Of a DNA stretch of 64,000 nt, positions 19,418 to 30,767 are shown in pieces. Source of the DNA: Candidatus Poribacteria bacterium (GTDB lineage Bacteria; Poribacteria; WGA-4E; PCPOR2b); the NCBI GenBank assembly GCA_965218095.1, contig OZ244587.1:3872001-3936000 (forward strand), written 5' to 3'. The notes beneath the pieces were generated by a model that saw nothing but the letters and a program-made list of their open reading frames with translations, made no database searches and was not told where the DNA came from. How positions within the stretch are numbered: position 1 is the first letter of the stretch; each line of letters starts with the position of its first letter. Position numbers and translations under genes: made by a program.

Positions 19418-20243
19418 CTAGGTTCTGTTGACATTTCAAGGGAGCCATATAAGAGTGGAGACAAAGCTGAGAAATCCAAAATAACGGACAGCTAGCTTCT
19501 CAAACCGAGAGAAGATACGACGATACCATTTTATCTTGTTGATGAAACATTCAACCCGATGTCTTTCTTTGTATAAGTGTTTGTCATACGTTCTTTGGTC
19601 AACACGATGACTTTTTGGCGGTATCACCGCAATCGCTCCATTCGCCTCAATAACCGCGATAAAAGCGTCCGAATCGTACCCCTTGTCTCCAATCACATAT
19701 TCACTGTTATATCCGATTATCAACCCTTCCGCCTCAGTTATGTCATGTCTCTGACCGGGTGTCAGATGAATTCTTAGGGGATTGCCTAGTCCGTCAACGG
19801 TGATGTGATTTTTTGTACTGAAACCGCCCCGAGACCGACCTAATGCTTGGTTTTCAGTGCCACCCTTTTTTTTAAGGCGCCCGCCGCAGACGGGTGAGCG
19901 CGGCAGATGGTACTGTCCACAATAAGCGACTTGATATCGGGGTCAGAGGCGAAGTGGGGGTGCATCTGTGTGAAGATACCTTTGTCGCACCATCGAGCAA
20001 ACCGCTTGTAGCGGGTGTTCGATTTGCCATAGGTGTCTGGTAGAAGTCTCCATTGAGCCCCGCTACGAGTCACCCACAGAACCGCTTCGACGAAGCGGCG
20101 TGTAGCAGCTTCGTTGCCAACATAGATGGTGAGACAGCTAAGAAGAAACCGGTATATCTTATTCCATTGTTCATCAGGTAAGGTTATTGGCGTCATTCTT
20201 CTATTATGCCACAACCTTATACTCAAATGTCAACAGAACCTAG
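19418..20243 (-). mobile_element. IS5-family element, second full-length copy
   Basis: Same CTAG-bounded terminal repeats as 6347-7172; orfA 19840-20226; orfB ends at 19436. Confidence 0.95.
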
Positions 20244-22333
20244 TTCAAGCTACATCGCCGGTATCTTGTGGTTGATGAATACTTCCCCGCCGGCGCAACG
20301 TTAGTTGAAGGCTCCGTTGAAGACGGTTCGCACCATTACGAGTACGAGGTCGGCGATGGCGTTATCCGTTTTTATTATCCGCCGGGGAAGTACCTTCACG
20401 ACTATCGTTATCAATTGGTGAGTTATGCGCCCGGCAATTACCGCGTGGCGCCCACTGTCATCCGTGACCCGATGTACCCCGGCGATATGCGAATTGGAAA
20501 CAGGGCTTCGCTCACCGTGTTGGCGCCCGGTGAAAAATCCACCGACCTATACAAGATGAATGATGGGGAACGCTACGCGCTCGGGAAAGCATACTTTGAC
20601 GATGGCAGGTATAGCGATGCCCTCTCACTACTTGAAGAATTCACGCGCACAACCCCGATTACAATGAGAAAGAGACTGCGCGGATGCTGCTGTGGATATA
20701 TACCACGAAAGCACACTACAACGCCCGGAAAGTGGTCGAGGCTTTTGAGATCTTACGTGAGCGATACCCCGAACTCTATATCCCCTTCGACAAGATTCGT
20801 GTTGTTGGGACCGCCTATTGAGACATCGAGGAGTTTGAACGGGCTGCCCTTGTTTATCAGGCGACAATTGACGCTAGCTTCGCCAACGATTCCCATGTGA
20901 GTGCGGTCTTGCAAGACGAAGGGCAGTTCCTGCGTTCGATCGACTTCACGGAAAATCTGTGGTATGCGTATCCAGACACATCGCCGGTAATTTCCGCTTA
21001 CTTTTCGCTCACGCAATCCCTCTACGCGAACAAGGACGCAGAGATGCAGCAGGTGCAGGTGTGGGAGGGTGAGGAAGGGGAATGGAAGAACGGAAGGATG
21101 GAAGGAAAGGAAAGAAGTGGGCATAAGGGACATGCAATATGTCTGACGAAGTGGGATATTCTCAAACGCACCGTAGCGATGCTGTCACAATTCCTGACGT
21201 TGTACCCGAGTCACCCGCTTGCCGATGATGCCGCGTTTTCGCTGGCGAATGCTTTGCTAGACCTTGAAGATTTCTCAAGGGTCGTACGCCTGTGTCAGTT
21301 GAACCAGGAACGGTATCCTGATAGCGATTTCCTAACCAGTTTTTAGTATGTCGAGGCGATTGGTTTGTTCTCAATGCAGCAGCATGACAAGGCGATTGCG
21401 GCAGCAACCGTTGTCACCGAAAGCGAGAACGAAGATCGAGATTTCGCTCGATATATTCTGGGACAGATCTATCACGCACAGGGAAAACCGCCCCAAGCCA
21501 TTGAGTGGTACACCCGCGTCAAGTTGATCTACCCGGATGCGAACGAATCGATCGCCTACTTTGAAGAAAAGCGAATCTCACTGCCCGAAGTGACGATTAA
21601 GCGCCCAGATCAGACTGTGGCGATTTCACTTAAGTATCGGAATATCAAAACGGCGGTGCTTCAGGTGTATCACGTTGATCTGATGAAGCTGTATCTGCGC
21701 GAAAAAGACCTCAGCCGCGTCACCGAAGTTCATTTAGCAGGAATCAAGCCGGAGGTGAGCCAAACTGTGGCGCTTGGTGATGGGAAAGATTATATCAATA
21801 AAACCCGTGAGATTACCCTGTCGCTCAAGGAAGAAGGTGCATACCTCGTGATTTGTCGAGGGGATGACCTGTTTACGAGCGGCTTAATCCTGATTACGCC
21901 GCTGGAAATTGAGGTGCAGGAAGAGCGTGTGAGTGGTTGTGTGCGCGCTAACGTGCGGAACACCGTCACAGGGAATTATCAGTCGAAAGTCCACGTCAAA
22001 GTGGTTGGATCCACGGATGGGCGTTTTATCTCCGGCGAAACCGATCTTCGGGGCGTTTTTATCGCCGATGACGTCCGTGGAAAAGTCACCATCATCGCGC
22101 GTGACGCAGCCAACCGCTATGCGTTCTATTGCGGAGAACAATGGCTTGGGGCGGCGGAAGCGGCAAAGCAGGAGCAGCAGAATCGACCTATGCCCTCGCC
22201 GCGAGAGTCTATGGATTATCGCAGGCATCTAAACCGAAGAAACCGAGCCATCCAGTCATTACAAATTAAGACATATGATCAGATGCGTCGGAGCGCTGGA
22301 AGAGGTGTACAGGTCCAAAACGCGCTTGAATAG
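20244..22333 (+). pseudogene. 3' part of an alpha-2-macroglobulin-like/TPR large protein, truncated by IS5
   Basis: Begins mid-domain (RYLVVDEYFPAGATLVEGS, PGNYRVAPT); TPR-like helices; frameshift near 20640, in-frame TGA near 20819 and TAG at 21344. Confidence 0.75.
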
Positions 22334-22339
22334 TGGGAT

Positions 22340-22533
22340 GTGTACTATCACTAACCCCTTAAGAACCCGCATCGGAACTGGACAGTTAACGTCGTAAGAG
22401 TACAGAGCCTGCCCTGATCTATCGGGGAGTTCATGGGTTCATTGAACTTTTGAACCTTTGAACTCAAATCGCGGGTCGTTTTCTCAATGCGCTAAATGGA
22501 GCAGATTTTCTCACGCATTTAGTGATAGCACAC
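22340..22533. mobile_element. MITE-like repeat, copy 2
   Basis: Terminal repeats GTGTACTATCACTAA / TTAGTGATAGCACAC (14/15); homologous to 8212-8389. Confidence 0.8.
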
Positions 22534-23505
22534 CATTCCCCTTTGTACATCATCTATAATTTGAGTGATTTCTTCATAATTTTTGCAAGTCACTAACCTT
22601 TCTCGATATGGTTTAATGTTCGGTATGCCCTTAAAATAGTTTCGATAATGCTTTCTCATCTCTAAAATACCCAATCTCAACCCCTTCCATTTAATAGAGA
22701 GATCCAGATGTTTTCTTAAAACACTTACCCTTTCCTTTATGGAAGGGGGCGCCAGCAACCGTCTCGTCGAAAAGTAGTGTTTAATTTCTCTAAAGACCCA
22801 CGGGTAACCGATAGCGGCTCGCCCAATCATAATCCCATCTACGCCGTATTCTTTCCGCATCGCCAGTGCTTTCTGTGGACTATCCACATCCCCATTCCCA
22901 AAAACAGGGATTTTCATGCGAGGATTATTTTTGATTTCACCAATCAGCGTCCAATCAGCATCGCCTTTATACATTTGCGCCCGGGTCCGTCCGTGAATCG
23001 TAATCGCTTGAATGCCAACATCCTGTAATTTTTCGGCGACTTCGACGATGTATTTTGTCTTTTCGTCCCAACCGAGTCGGGTTTTTACGGTCACGGGGGT
23101 GGTGGTGGATTTAGCCAGTTCTTCGGTCATTTTTACCATCTTCGGAACATCTAACAAGATTCCCGCCCCCGCCCCTTTGCATGCTACCTTTTTGACAGGG
23201 CAGCCGTAGTTGATGTCAATCAGGTCTGGATTGACCTGTTCAGCAATCTCAACAGCGTCTTTCATCGATTCAATATCACTTCCAAAAACCTGAATCCCTA
23301 TCGGGCGTTCCGATTCAAAGATATCGAGCTTTGCGACACTCTTTTGGGCGTTTCTGATGAGTCCTTCGGAAGAGATGAACTCTGTATACATCAAGTCCAC
23401 CTCATCTTCTTTGCAAACCGCACGAAAAGGTGGGTCGCTCACATCTTCCATCGGGGCTAACAACAGCGGGAAATCCCCTATCTCTATATCGCCAATCTTT
23501 ACCAT
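22519..23505 (-). CDS. dusB: tRNA-dihydrouridine synthase B
   Basis: LAPMEDVSDPPFR, DINYGCP, TVKTRLGWD, HGRTRAQMY and GNGDV motifs. Confidence 0.93.
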   Translation of the reverse strand: MVKIGDIEIGDFPLLLAPMEDVSDPPFRAVCKEDEVDLMYTEFISSEGLIRNAQKSVAKLDIFESERPIGIQVFGSDIESMKDAVEIAEQVNPDLIDINYGCPVKKVACKGAGAGILLDVPKMVKMTEELAKSTTTPVTVKTRLGWDEKTKYIVEVAEKLQDVGIQAITIHGRTRAQMYKGDADWTLIGEIKNNPRMKIPVFGNGDVDSPQKALAMRKEYGVDGIMIGRAAIGYPWVFREIKHYFSTRRLLAPPSIKERVSVLRKHLDLSIKWKGLRLGILEMRKHYRNYFKGIPNIKPYRERLVTCKNYEEITQIIDDVQRGMVCYH

Positions 23506-23809
23506 AGCCAAATCATCTCCAGTTGATCGCCGCAATGTCCACATCGGGTATGGGGTGGATGTCAAATTATAAAAGTAAAACAGACGTTTGTCAATCAAAT
23601 CTGGAATATTGGCTTTTGGCGAGACTCAATGGGCATGCAAGGATGCATAACGCCTGAATGGGCATTTTCGCGCCGAACATGAGAACGGGTTCAAAATCGG
23701 GGATTGCCAACTCGACAGGAAAATTCTTCTAACCCTTTGTACACGATCGAGGTTTCAGCAGTTTAGTTACGGCTTCGCATGTTGCGGACTGTTTGTTTGC
23801 ATTTGTGCC

Positions 23810-24103
23810 TCACACCTCAAGCGCCATTCCCCCCGCACTATAGACGAATATTACCCGCTCAAGGTCGCCTGCCAACCGGTTCATCGCTGCAACGAACGCG
23901 GTCTCCGCGCCTTCGTCGGGCGGCTCAAATCCCAAGAAGACTACAGCCGCGTCAGACGATGCGCGTCGAATTGCCTCCCCGACATCCGTGGATACAACCA
24001 CGACCGGCATCGCCTCAATGCGGGATGTCTCAATCAGTTCGCTCAGGTGCCGGATTGTCTCCGCTTGTCCCGTTTCCAAAGGAATGACGCGAAGCAAGCG
24101 CAT
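23810..24103 (-). pseudogene. C-terminal fragment resembling an amino-acid permease/cation-chloride cotransporter tail
   Basis: SSDAAVVFLGFEPP...RVIFVYSAGGMALE; no N-terminal membrane domain. Confidence 0.45.
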
Positions 24104-24211
24104 GAAGGTTCGGAGTTAGGCGATTTATCGCCGTCAAAACACGCAATGAATCGCGCTACTACTAGCCAACTGCGTAACTTACCTGCACAGCTTTACAAGG
24201 TCAAGTGGTTT

Positions 24212-25243
24212 TCACTGTACAGAATGTGGAGATTGACCGCAAGTGACGACGTCAACCAGGTCTGTGTTGTCCATCACGCCGGAGATTCGCTCGGCATTAA
24301 CGCCCCAGCTATAGAGAGGAACATTGGTCGTTGTATGACCGCCGGTAGACCAGGAGACGGTCGGGAAATTGCCATGACCGTTGTTTTCAAGGACTTTCAA
24401 TCCGCCGGTTTCGTGGTCGGCGGTGACGATAATGAGGGTGTCAGAACGTCCCTTTGCCCAATCAAACGCCACCTGCACGGTCTTGGAAAACTCGATCGTC
24501 TCGAAGACATTGCGCTGGATGTCGTTGGAGTGTCCTGCGTGATCGATCCGTCCGCCCTCGATCATCAGAAAGAAACCATTTGGATCTTTCGTCAATATGT
24601 CCAGGGCGGTTGTAGCCATTTCCGACAGGTGAGGTAACGCGCCGAGTCCATCGAATTCATAAGGCAGGTTCGTGTCGCCAAACTGTCCGGAGACCCTCGT
24701 GACTGTTTCTGTGTCCAAACTTAGCAAACTGTTCCGATCCGTCACGACAGTGTAGCCAGCCGCCTCCGCTGCCGTTTCCGACATCCCGTTGCCACCGCCG
24801 CCAAGTAGCACATTCGGGCAGGTCTGATTCAAGTAATCCCCGGCGATCTCAGCCAGATTGCCGCGCTGTGGTTCGTGGGCGCCGAAGGCGGCGGGTGTAG
24901 CGTGGGTGATAAAGGTCGTGGTGACCAGTCCCGTGCTTTTGCCTTGATCTTTAAAACCCTCCAGGAGCGTATACAATTCCCTCCCATCACCCGGCAGCGC
25001 CGTGCTGATGACCCCGTTGTTGACCTTGAAGCCGGTTGCCATGGCGGTCGCGGCAGCCGCCGAGTCAGTCGTGGAAGAATTGGCTGAGTACGTAGTCATC
25101 TCGGCTTGATAAGGAAACGCCTCAAATGAGAGTGTTCCTGCCTCGCCATGGATGTATATTCCGGCCGCCTTGACCTTCTCGAATCCCATTCCGTCGCCGA
25201 TGCAGAAGATAACGTTTGTCGGCGATGTCGGCTTTTTGCGCAT
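24212..25243 (-). CDS. Alkaline phosphatase (PhoA family), no evident signal peptide
   Basis: NVIFCIGDGMG, TDSAAAATAMATG, THATPAAF, EGGRIDHAGH, VTADHETGG and GHT motifs. Confidence 0.93.
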   Translation of the reverse strand: MRKKPTSPTNVIFCIGDGMGFEKVKAAGIYIHGEAGTLSFEAFPYQAEMTTYSANSSTTDSAAAATAMATGFKVNNGVISTALPGDGRELYTLLEGFKDQGKSTGLVTTTFITHATPAAFGAHEPQRGNLAEIAGDYLNQTCPNVLLGGGGNGMSETAAEAAGYTVVTDRNSLLSLDTETVTRVSGQFGDTNLPYEFDGLGALPHLSEMATTALDILTKDPNGFFLMIEGGRIDHAGHSNDIQRNVFETIEFSKTVQVAFDWAKGRSDTLIIVTADHETGGLKVLENNGHGNFPTVSWSTGGHTTTNVPLYSWGVNAERISGVMDNTDLVDVVTCGQSPHSVQ

Positions 25244-25480
25244 CGATTTTCCTTTCTATATTATCTTACGTATGGTTGCTTATATCCTTTTCAAACTCCA
25301 ACCGTGTATATCGGATGAAGATACAACCGCTCAGCCGTGCGATGGAACCGTTGACCGCGAGACAGGCGATAACATGCCGCACACCAGGTTCCACGCTTTC
25401 GGAGACCTGCACGCGCTGAGGCGTATTGAAGCCCGATATCGCACCCCATCCCGATTCACCAAACGCAAGGTCGCACTCGC

Positions 25481-26012
25481 TTATTTTTTTAAAAGCTCCG
25501 CCATAATCTGTGGGTGGTACAGCCTGTCGGCGCGCAGGCGATCATACGCCTTGCAGTAAATCCATGTTTTCCGTTGCGGATCGCGAATATCGTATTTTTC
25601 GGGATAGCGGACTGGCAGTTTACCCTACGTTAACATCAGAGACAGCGGATAATCCTGCACGGTCAGCGGCAGACGAACTACCTCGCGATCGCGCGCCGAC
25701 GGGTAAATCGCCATCATGATTTCGACAGCGTGACGTGTCTGCGTCCCTTTGCTGTGGTAGTCAGCATCCCCATCCAGCCACGCCTTCAAACCTCGTGCTT
25801 GAGCAGCGTAGGCAATGTGGAAATACCCCTCCAGCCCCACCGATTGGGCTGCAGATTCCGTGGGAATGACAAAAGTCTCTTGAAACGTACTCGCAGTCTC
25901 GAGGGTCCGCTGCGGCGACGAGATGAAAGCCTAGCACACTCTGATATGCCTGCGTGTGCCGCCGGGCGATGCTGCCACAACCGATGATGCCAACGCGATA
26001 ACTTGTCACCAC
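25481..26012 (-). pseudogene. Gfo/Idh/MocA oxidoreductase remnant (internal deletion, in-frame TAG at 25625)
   Basis: N-terminus YRVGIIGCGSIARRH; C-terminus AVEIMMAIY..VVRLPL..PLSLMLT*GKLPVRYPEKYDIRD. Confidence 0.75.
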
Positions 26013-26200
26013 GTTATGAACCTCCTTTTCAGTTCGCTTATGAGCTATCCCTTCACTCCAGATTCTACATAAACTATTTTAGCAGAAATCAAAAATTCCC
26101 TCAACATTAAAATGTTAAATTCCGTGCCGGCTCTTGGTACGCTTCCAATTCGTACACTTTTCACGAGAAAAGCAGGTCGCTTCGATGTAGGGCTATTTAA

Positions 26201-27309
26201 TTGAGGGGTGCTCATAAGTCCCCTTATCGAAAGAGTGTAATCAGATGTGTTACATTTCTCAGGGGTCTTCCCCAAATAGAATTGACTAACATAGCCAGTT
26301 GCAGTAAAACCACCCCCAGCATCAAAAAGGTAGAGACATTCGCTTTTCGACTCACCGGCAATTGCTTATGATTGGTATGGGTCGATAGTAATTGGCTCAA
26401 CAATCCAAAGATAGGTTCAATAGCAACCTTGCGCTTGTGTTGATAGGTCTGCAACTGCGCCGATTGATTCACCGCTTCAACATAACGCCGTGCCCGCTGA
26501 CTCTTTGCGCCTCTGACGGGAGTGATTAGCAACAGTCCCTGGTTCGCCAAGTGTTGGGTACGTTTCAAGTCGGTATAGCCGGCATCAGCGACTAAATACC
26601 CGATGTTCTGTTCAAGCAGTGTGTCGAGTTGTCGGTCAAGGACGGCTTTTTCACTCACACACGCGGTGTCAATGGCACTCATACGAGGCAATCCCTCTAT
26701 AGAGACGGTCAGATGAAGCCCATAGCCGTAAACCCAACCGTGATAGTGACTCTTTGACCAACTAGCGTCTGTGTCAATGGCACGGATGCCAGTTGGGATG
26801 CGATTGGCATTTCTATCCTTCTGATGCCAGACGCTTCCTTTTGCCTTAAACAGACTTTTGTCTTGGTAAACCACCTCTGGAGGTGAGTCAGGTATCAAAG
26901 TCATTCCCACATCACCGAGATACCCGATGAACGCCTCTAGCTGGTAAGCGAGTTGTTTGTAGCGTCGGCAAAGGGTTGCCCGAGACGGAACACATGCCAG
27001 TTTAAGACGACACAGCCACTGCGGGTGTAGCTTGAGCCATCTGTGTTGTGCCTTAAAGCGATGGAGGCCTTTGAGCGTTAAGATGGCAAAAAGGACAATC
27101 AAGCAGTCGTCTGTATACGATTTCGGACGTCCATGGCTCTCAGGTGGCGGTGCATGGCTGGAAGCGTTGAAATGGTCAAGTTGTTCAAACAAAAATGTGA
27201 TATAATACGTACTGTCAGGATAACCCATGTTATAATCCTCTCTTTCTTGCACGTTAGATTAGATTATAACCGTTATCCTGACTCAAGTCTATTTATGAGC
27301 CCCCCTCAG
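26201..27309 (-). mobile_element. DDE IS 'A', second copy (CDS 26224-27252)
   Basis: Nearly identical to 12635-13743 (same 342-aa protein); differences seen at one synonymous site and in the terminal repeats. Confidence 0.95.
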
Positions 27310-27313
27310 CTAA

Positions 27314-27450
27314 CTGAGGGGGGCTCATAATTCTGTCGGAGGGAAATCCTTTTCCCCACCCTCTCGGTGCTGAAGCGACATCATCGCAGGCTGCATCTCC
27401 CACCGGAAGAATCGTGGCAAGGATGCCACATATTTATGCATACCCCTCGG
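27314..27450. mobile_element. 137-bp MITE of the TGAGGGG-ended IS family
   Basis: Ends CTGAGGGGGGCTCATAA and TATTTATGCATACCCCTCGG; preceded by CTAA and followed by TTAA. Confidence 0.8.
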
Positions 27451-27481
27451 TTAACTAACAGCATGTATTGGCTGCACGCAA

Positions 27482-28222
27482 TCAACGGAATAATAAGACG
27501 CCCATGACAAGTAGCCCTGCATTAACATATCCATCAAATTGTCCTTGGGGTATGAATCTGTTTAATTTGCCCCCGAGGAATATCGCCGCCAAAACAAGTG
27601 GCAAGGAACTTCCGTAAAGCCTTAACACATAAGGTGTCCATAGGCCAGCTAATCCGTGACTCGCCAAAATTAGAAAACCAGTAAACACAAAGTAACTCTG
27701 TAATGTCGCCCGAAAACGCCCCGGAGACCAATTGCAAAGCGTACCGTAAATTGCAATAACCAGCCCGCTCGTATTGTAAGCCGCACCGACAACGCCAGCT
27801 AAAAACCCAAACAGATAGGCGAATCTAGCGTCACTCTTTACGATGCTTAGATTCATTATTTTGAAATAACGGTTTGCTAAATTGTAAAGGCTAAACAGAA
27901 TTATCAGGATGCCAAGGAACCCCTTCATCAGTCCCTCAGGGACTTCCTTTAATAAGATGAGCCCCACAGGTATACCGAGAAATGACGATAGCACTAAACG
28001 CCAGGTTGCCTGCAGATCGACCACACCCCAATTTCTTAACAAAATGGTCACCGCGATAATTATCAAGACAGATGCGACCAATGGTGTAGCAGTCTTAAGG
28101 TCGATGCCCATCGTTAGCAGGGGCATGGCGATGAGCGCTTGGCCGAAACCAAGTGCGGAATGTATAAACGTGGAAACAAACAGGATGGTGAGTACCAAAA
28201 GATAAGTCGGAATCGAACCCAT
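27482..28222 (-). CDS. TauE/SafE family (sulfite exporter) membrane protein
   Basis: GFGQALIAMPLL and GFLAGVVGAAYNTSG; about eight TM helices. Confidence 0.88.
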   Translation of the reverse strand: MGSIPTYLLVLTILFVSTFIHSALGFGQALIAMPLLTMGIDLKTATPLVASVLIIIAVTILLRNWGVVDLQATWRLVLSSFLGIPVGLILLKEVPEGLMKGFLGILIILFSLYNLANRYFKIMNLSIVKSDARFAYLFGFLAGVVGAAYNTSGLVIAIYGTLCNWSPGRFRATLQSYFVFTGFLILASHGLAGLWTPYVLRLYGSSLPLVLAAIFLGGKLNRFIPQGQFDGYVNAGLLVMGVLLFR

Positions 28223-28476
28223 GAAATGACCATTCGCTTTTAGATTGGGCTGTGGAAATCCTAGTTGGGATACACGATGTGGCGTAAAACGGTTGTTTTG
28301 AATTAAGCTTAATCAGCAGGCTTGGATGCGCTTGATTTTACCGCGCTTTTATGCCAAAATAGAAATCGTATTACGTGTTTGCATCATTACTGTCACTAAT
28401 ACTACCTGACGCTCGTTATTGCCCATCTCCTTGCAGTATGAGATATACCAGGACAGGCTTTAAGGAGGTTCTTTCA

Positions 28477-29742
28477 ATGGAGACACTTTCGAAAGAATTG
28501 TTTGATGAAATATCTAAAATCCCGTGTATCAACTCCCATTCACATATCACCCCTGAGAGGGATCGATTGGCGGAAGTCCCCGACGCCCTCGCTTTCTTCA
28601 ACCACGCTTATCCCGCCTCCGATCTGGTCTCCGCGGGGATGTCCAGTGAGGAGATGAAAAAGGCTTTGACACCGGGACTTCCGCTTGCAGAACGTTGGAA
28701 AATCTTCGCGCCGTACTTTCGATGGACTCGATTGACCGGGTATTCGCAGTGCATCATTGAAGGGTTCCGAGATTTGCTTGGATTTCCGGACTTGACAGCC
28801 GAGACGGTTGCGACGATCTCCGAGGTGCTCCGTGAGCACAGCAAGCCGGGATTCTATCACGAGGTGCTGAAGCGACGATCGAATATTGAGATCACGGTGA
28901 CGAACATGGAAGACCTCATCGAAGTGGATCGAGAACTATTCCTGCCTCTGCCCCGCCTGAACCGCTTTAGTATGCTCCAATCCGCCGCTCAAGTTCAGGC
29001 AATCGAGCGGGATTACGATGTCAGTATCACCAATCTTGATGCGCACGTCGAAGTCATTCGGCAGGTGTGTCGGGATTGGAAGGCGGCAACAGTCGCGGGG
29101 GTGAAGATGTCCCAATCCTACCATCGGCGTATGGACTTCACGCAGAGAAGGGAGGAAGACGCCGCAAAAGTCTTTGATGGGTTGATGCGAGGAGAGTATG
29201 CCGGATTGGATTCCGAAGAAGGCGTCCTCTTGGAAGACTACCTCGTCTTCGAGTGCTGTCGTGCCGCCGCCGCCGCCGATCTGACCATCCAGTTTCATCA
29301 AGGCATACAGGCTGGAAATTACGGAAGCATGGAGGGGTGTAGTCCCGCGCCGCTTACTGAACTGCTTCAGACGTTTCGAGAGGCGCGTTTTGACCTCTCT
29401 CACTCCGGCTATCCCTACCTTCGGGAAGGCGTTGTGCTCGGCAAGACGTTCAGCAACGTTTATCTAAATATGTCCTGGATTCACATTATCTCCCCAATCG
29501 GTTCACGGCTAGACCTCAAGGAGTGGCTCCGCATGGCGCCGTATAACAAAATCATCGCTTTCGGTGATGACCTCCAGCATGTGGAAGCGGTCTATGGACA
29601 TCTTAAAATGGCGCATCAAAATTTCGCGATTGTGCTTGCCGAAACCATCCGAGAGGGATTGATTTCGGAATCCGTCGCGCTTGATGTCGCGCACGCAGCC
29701 TTCCACGGCAATCCGGCGAAGATCTATGGCGTAGGGGCGTAA
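28477..29742 (+). CDS. Amidohydrolase-superfamily protein (uronate isomerase-like)
   Basis: INSHSH, QFHQG, HSGYPY and KIIAFGDD motifs; RBS AAGGAGG. Confidence 0.85.
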   Translation: METLSKELFDEISKIPCINSHSHITPERDRLAEVPDALAFFNHAYPASDLVSAGMSSEEMKKALTPGLPLAERWKIFAPYFRWTRLTGYSQCIIEGFRDLLGFPDLTAETVATISEVLREHSKPGFYHEVLKRRSNIEITVTNMEDLIEVDRELFLPLPRLNRFSMLQSAAQVQAIERDYDVSITNLDAHVEVIRQVCRDWKAATVAGVKMSQSYHRRMDFTQRREEDAAKVFDGLMRGEYAGLDSEEGVLLEDYLVFECCRAAAAADLTIQFHQGIQAGNYGSMEGCSPAPLTELLQTFREARFDLSHSGYPYLREGVVLGKTFSNVYLNMSWIHIISPIGSRLDLKEWLRMAPYNKIIAFGDDLQHVEAVYGHLKMAHQNFAIVLAETIREGLISESVALDVAHAAFHGNPAKIYGVGA

Positions 29743-29816
29743 AAATAGACAGCCTATCGTTTTGATATTGATTTGCCCTTAAATTTCTTCTGTTTATGCC
29801 CGTGCTCGGTATACAA

Positions 29817-30767
29817 TCAGAATCCGCGCCTTTTGCCCACAACGTTTCGCAGTTCTTCGCCTTTGAGGTAGCGCCGCAAGTTCTCGCAGAAGAATTCAAA
29901 AGTCTTGCGGGGGCGGTGTTGGGAAGCGCCAGCGCGGTGAGGGGTGATAATCAGGTTGGGAGCATCCCAGAGCAGACTATCTGGCGGCACCGGTTCTACT
30001 TCGGTCACGTCCAATCCGGTGCCAGCGATTTCACCGTTCTTCAGCGCATCGATTAAAGCCGATTCGTCAATGATGCCGCCTCGCGTGACGTTGACTAGGT
30101 AGGCGGTCTTTTTCATAATGGCGAATTCTTCCCGGCCAATCAGATGATAGGTCTCCCGAGTCTTGGGGCAAGCAATCATGACGGCATCGGAACGCCTGAG
30201 CAGGTCATGCAGGTTTTCCCGCGTCGAGGGTTTGAGTTCGGCAACATCATCCGGTTTGTTCTAGCGCACCGGATCGAGCGCCAAGATGATCATGTCGTAA
30301 CCGCGGGCCCGCTTGACCATCTCCATGCCAAAACCGCCCAGGCCGACAATTCCGAGCGTGCCACCTGTTAGTTCAATCGCCGGCATCTGCCATGCCCTGC
30401 GCCCCTCACTCCCCATGACGTGAGGGATACCCCGCACCAGGGACAGGAACAGCACCCATGCGTGTTCACCTCCCTGGCTGGCGTAGAGGCCAGCCATGTT
30501 GGTGACTATCACATTCCTCTCAACGATCTCCGGGAACAGGAAGTTGTCCATCCCCGCACTGTGGGATTGAATCCAGCACAGCCTGGGGGCGGCTGCACAG
30601 ACCGGGGGCAAGAAAAGGCCCATTAGCACCTCCACTTCCGGGGCCATCCGGATAGCTTCTAACTCACTGGCAGCGTGGAGGACTTCATGGTCGCCACTCT
30701 CGCTAGCGATCCGCTGAAAGGTTTGGATTTGTTCTTCGCTGAAGGAAAAGTGAATCAGTATTTTCAT
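29817..30767 (-). pseudogene. D-2-hydroxyacid dehydrogenase with a single in-frame TAG at 30261-30263
   Basis: SAGMD, GIVGLGGFG, then DPVR*NKPDDVAELK in frame with ACPKT, NVTRGG, GLDVTEVEP and ITPH. Confidence 0.88.
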
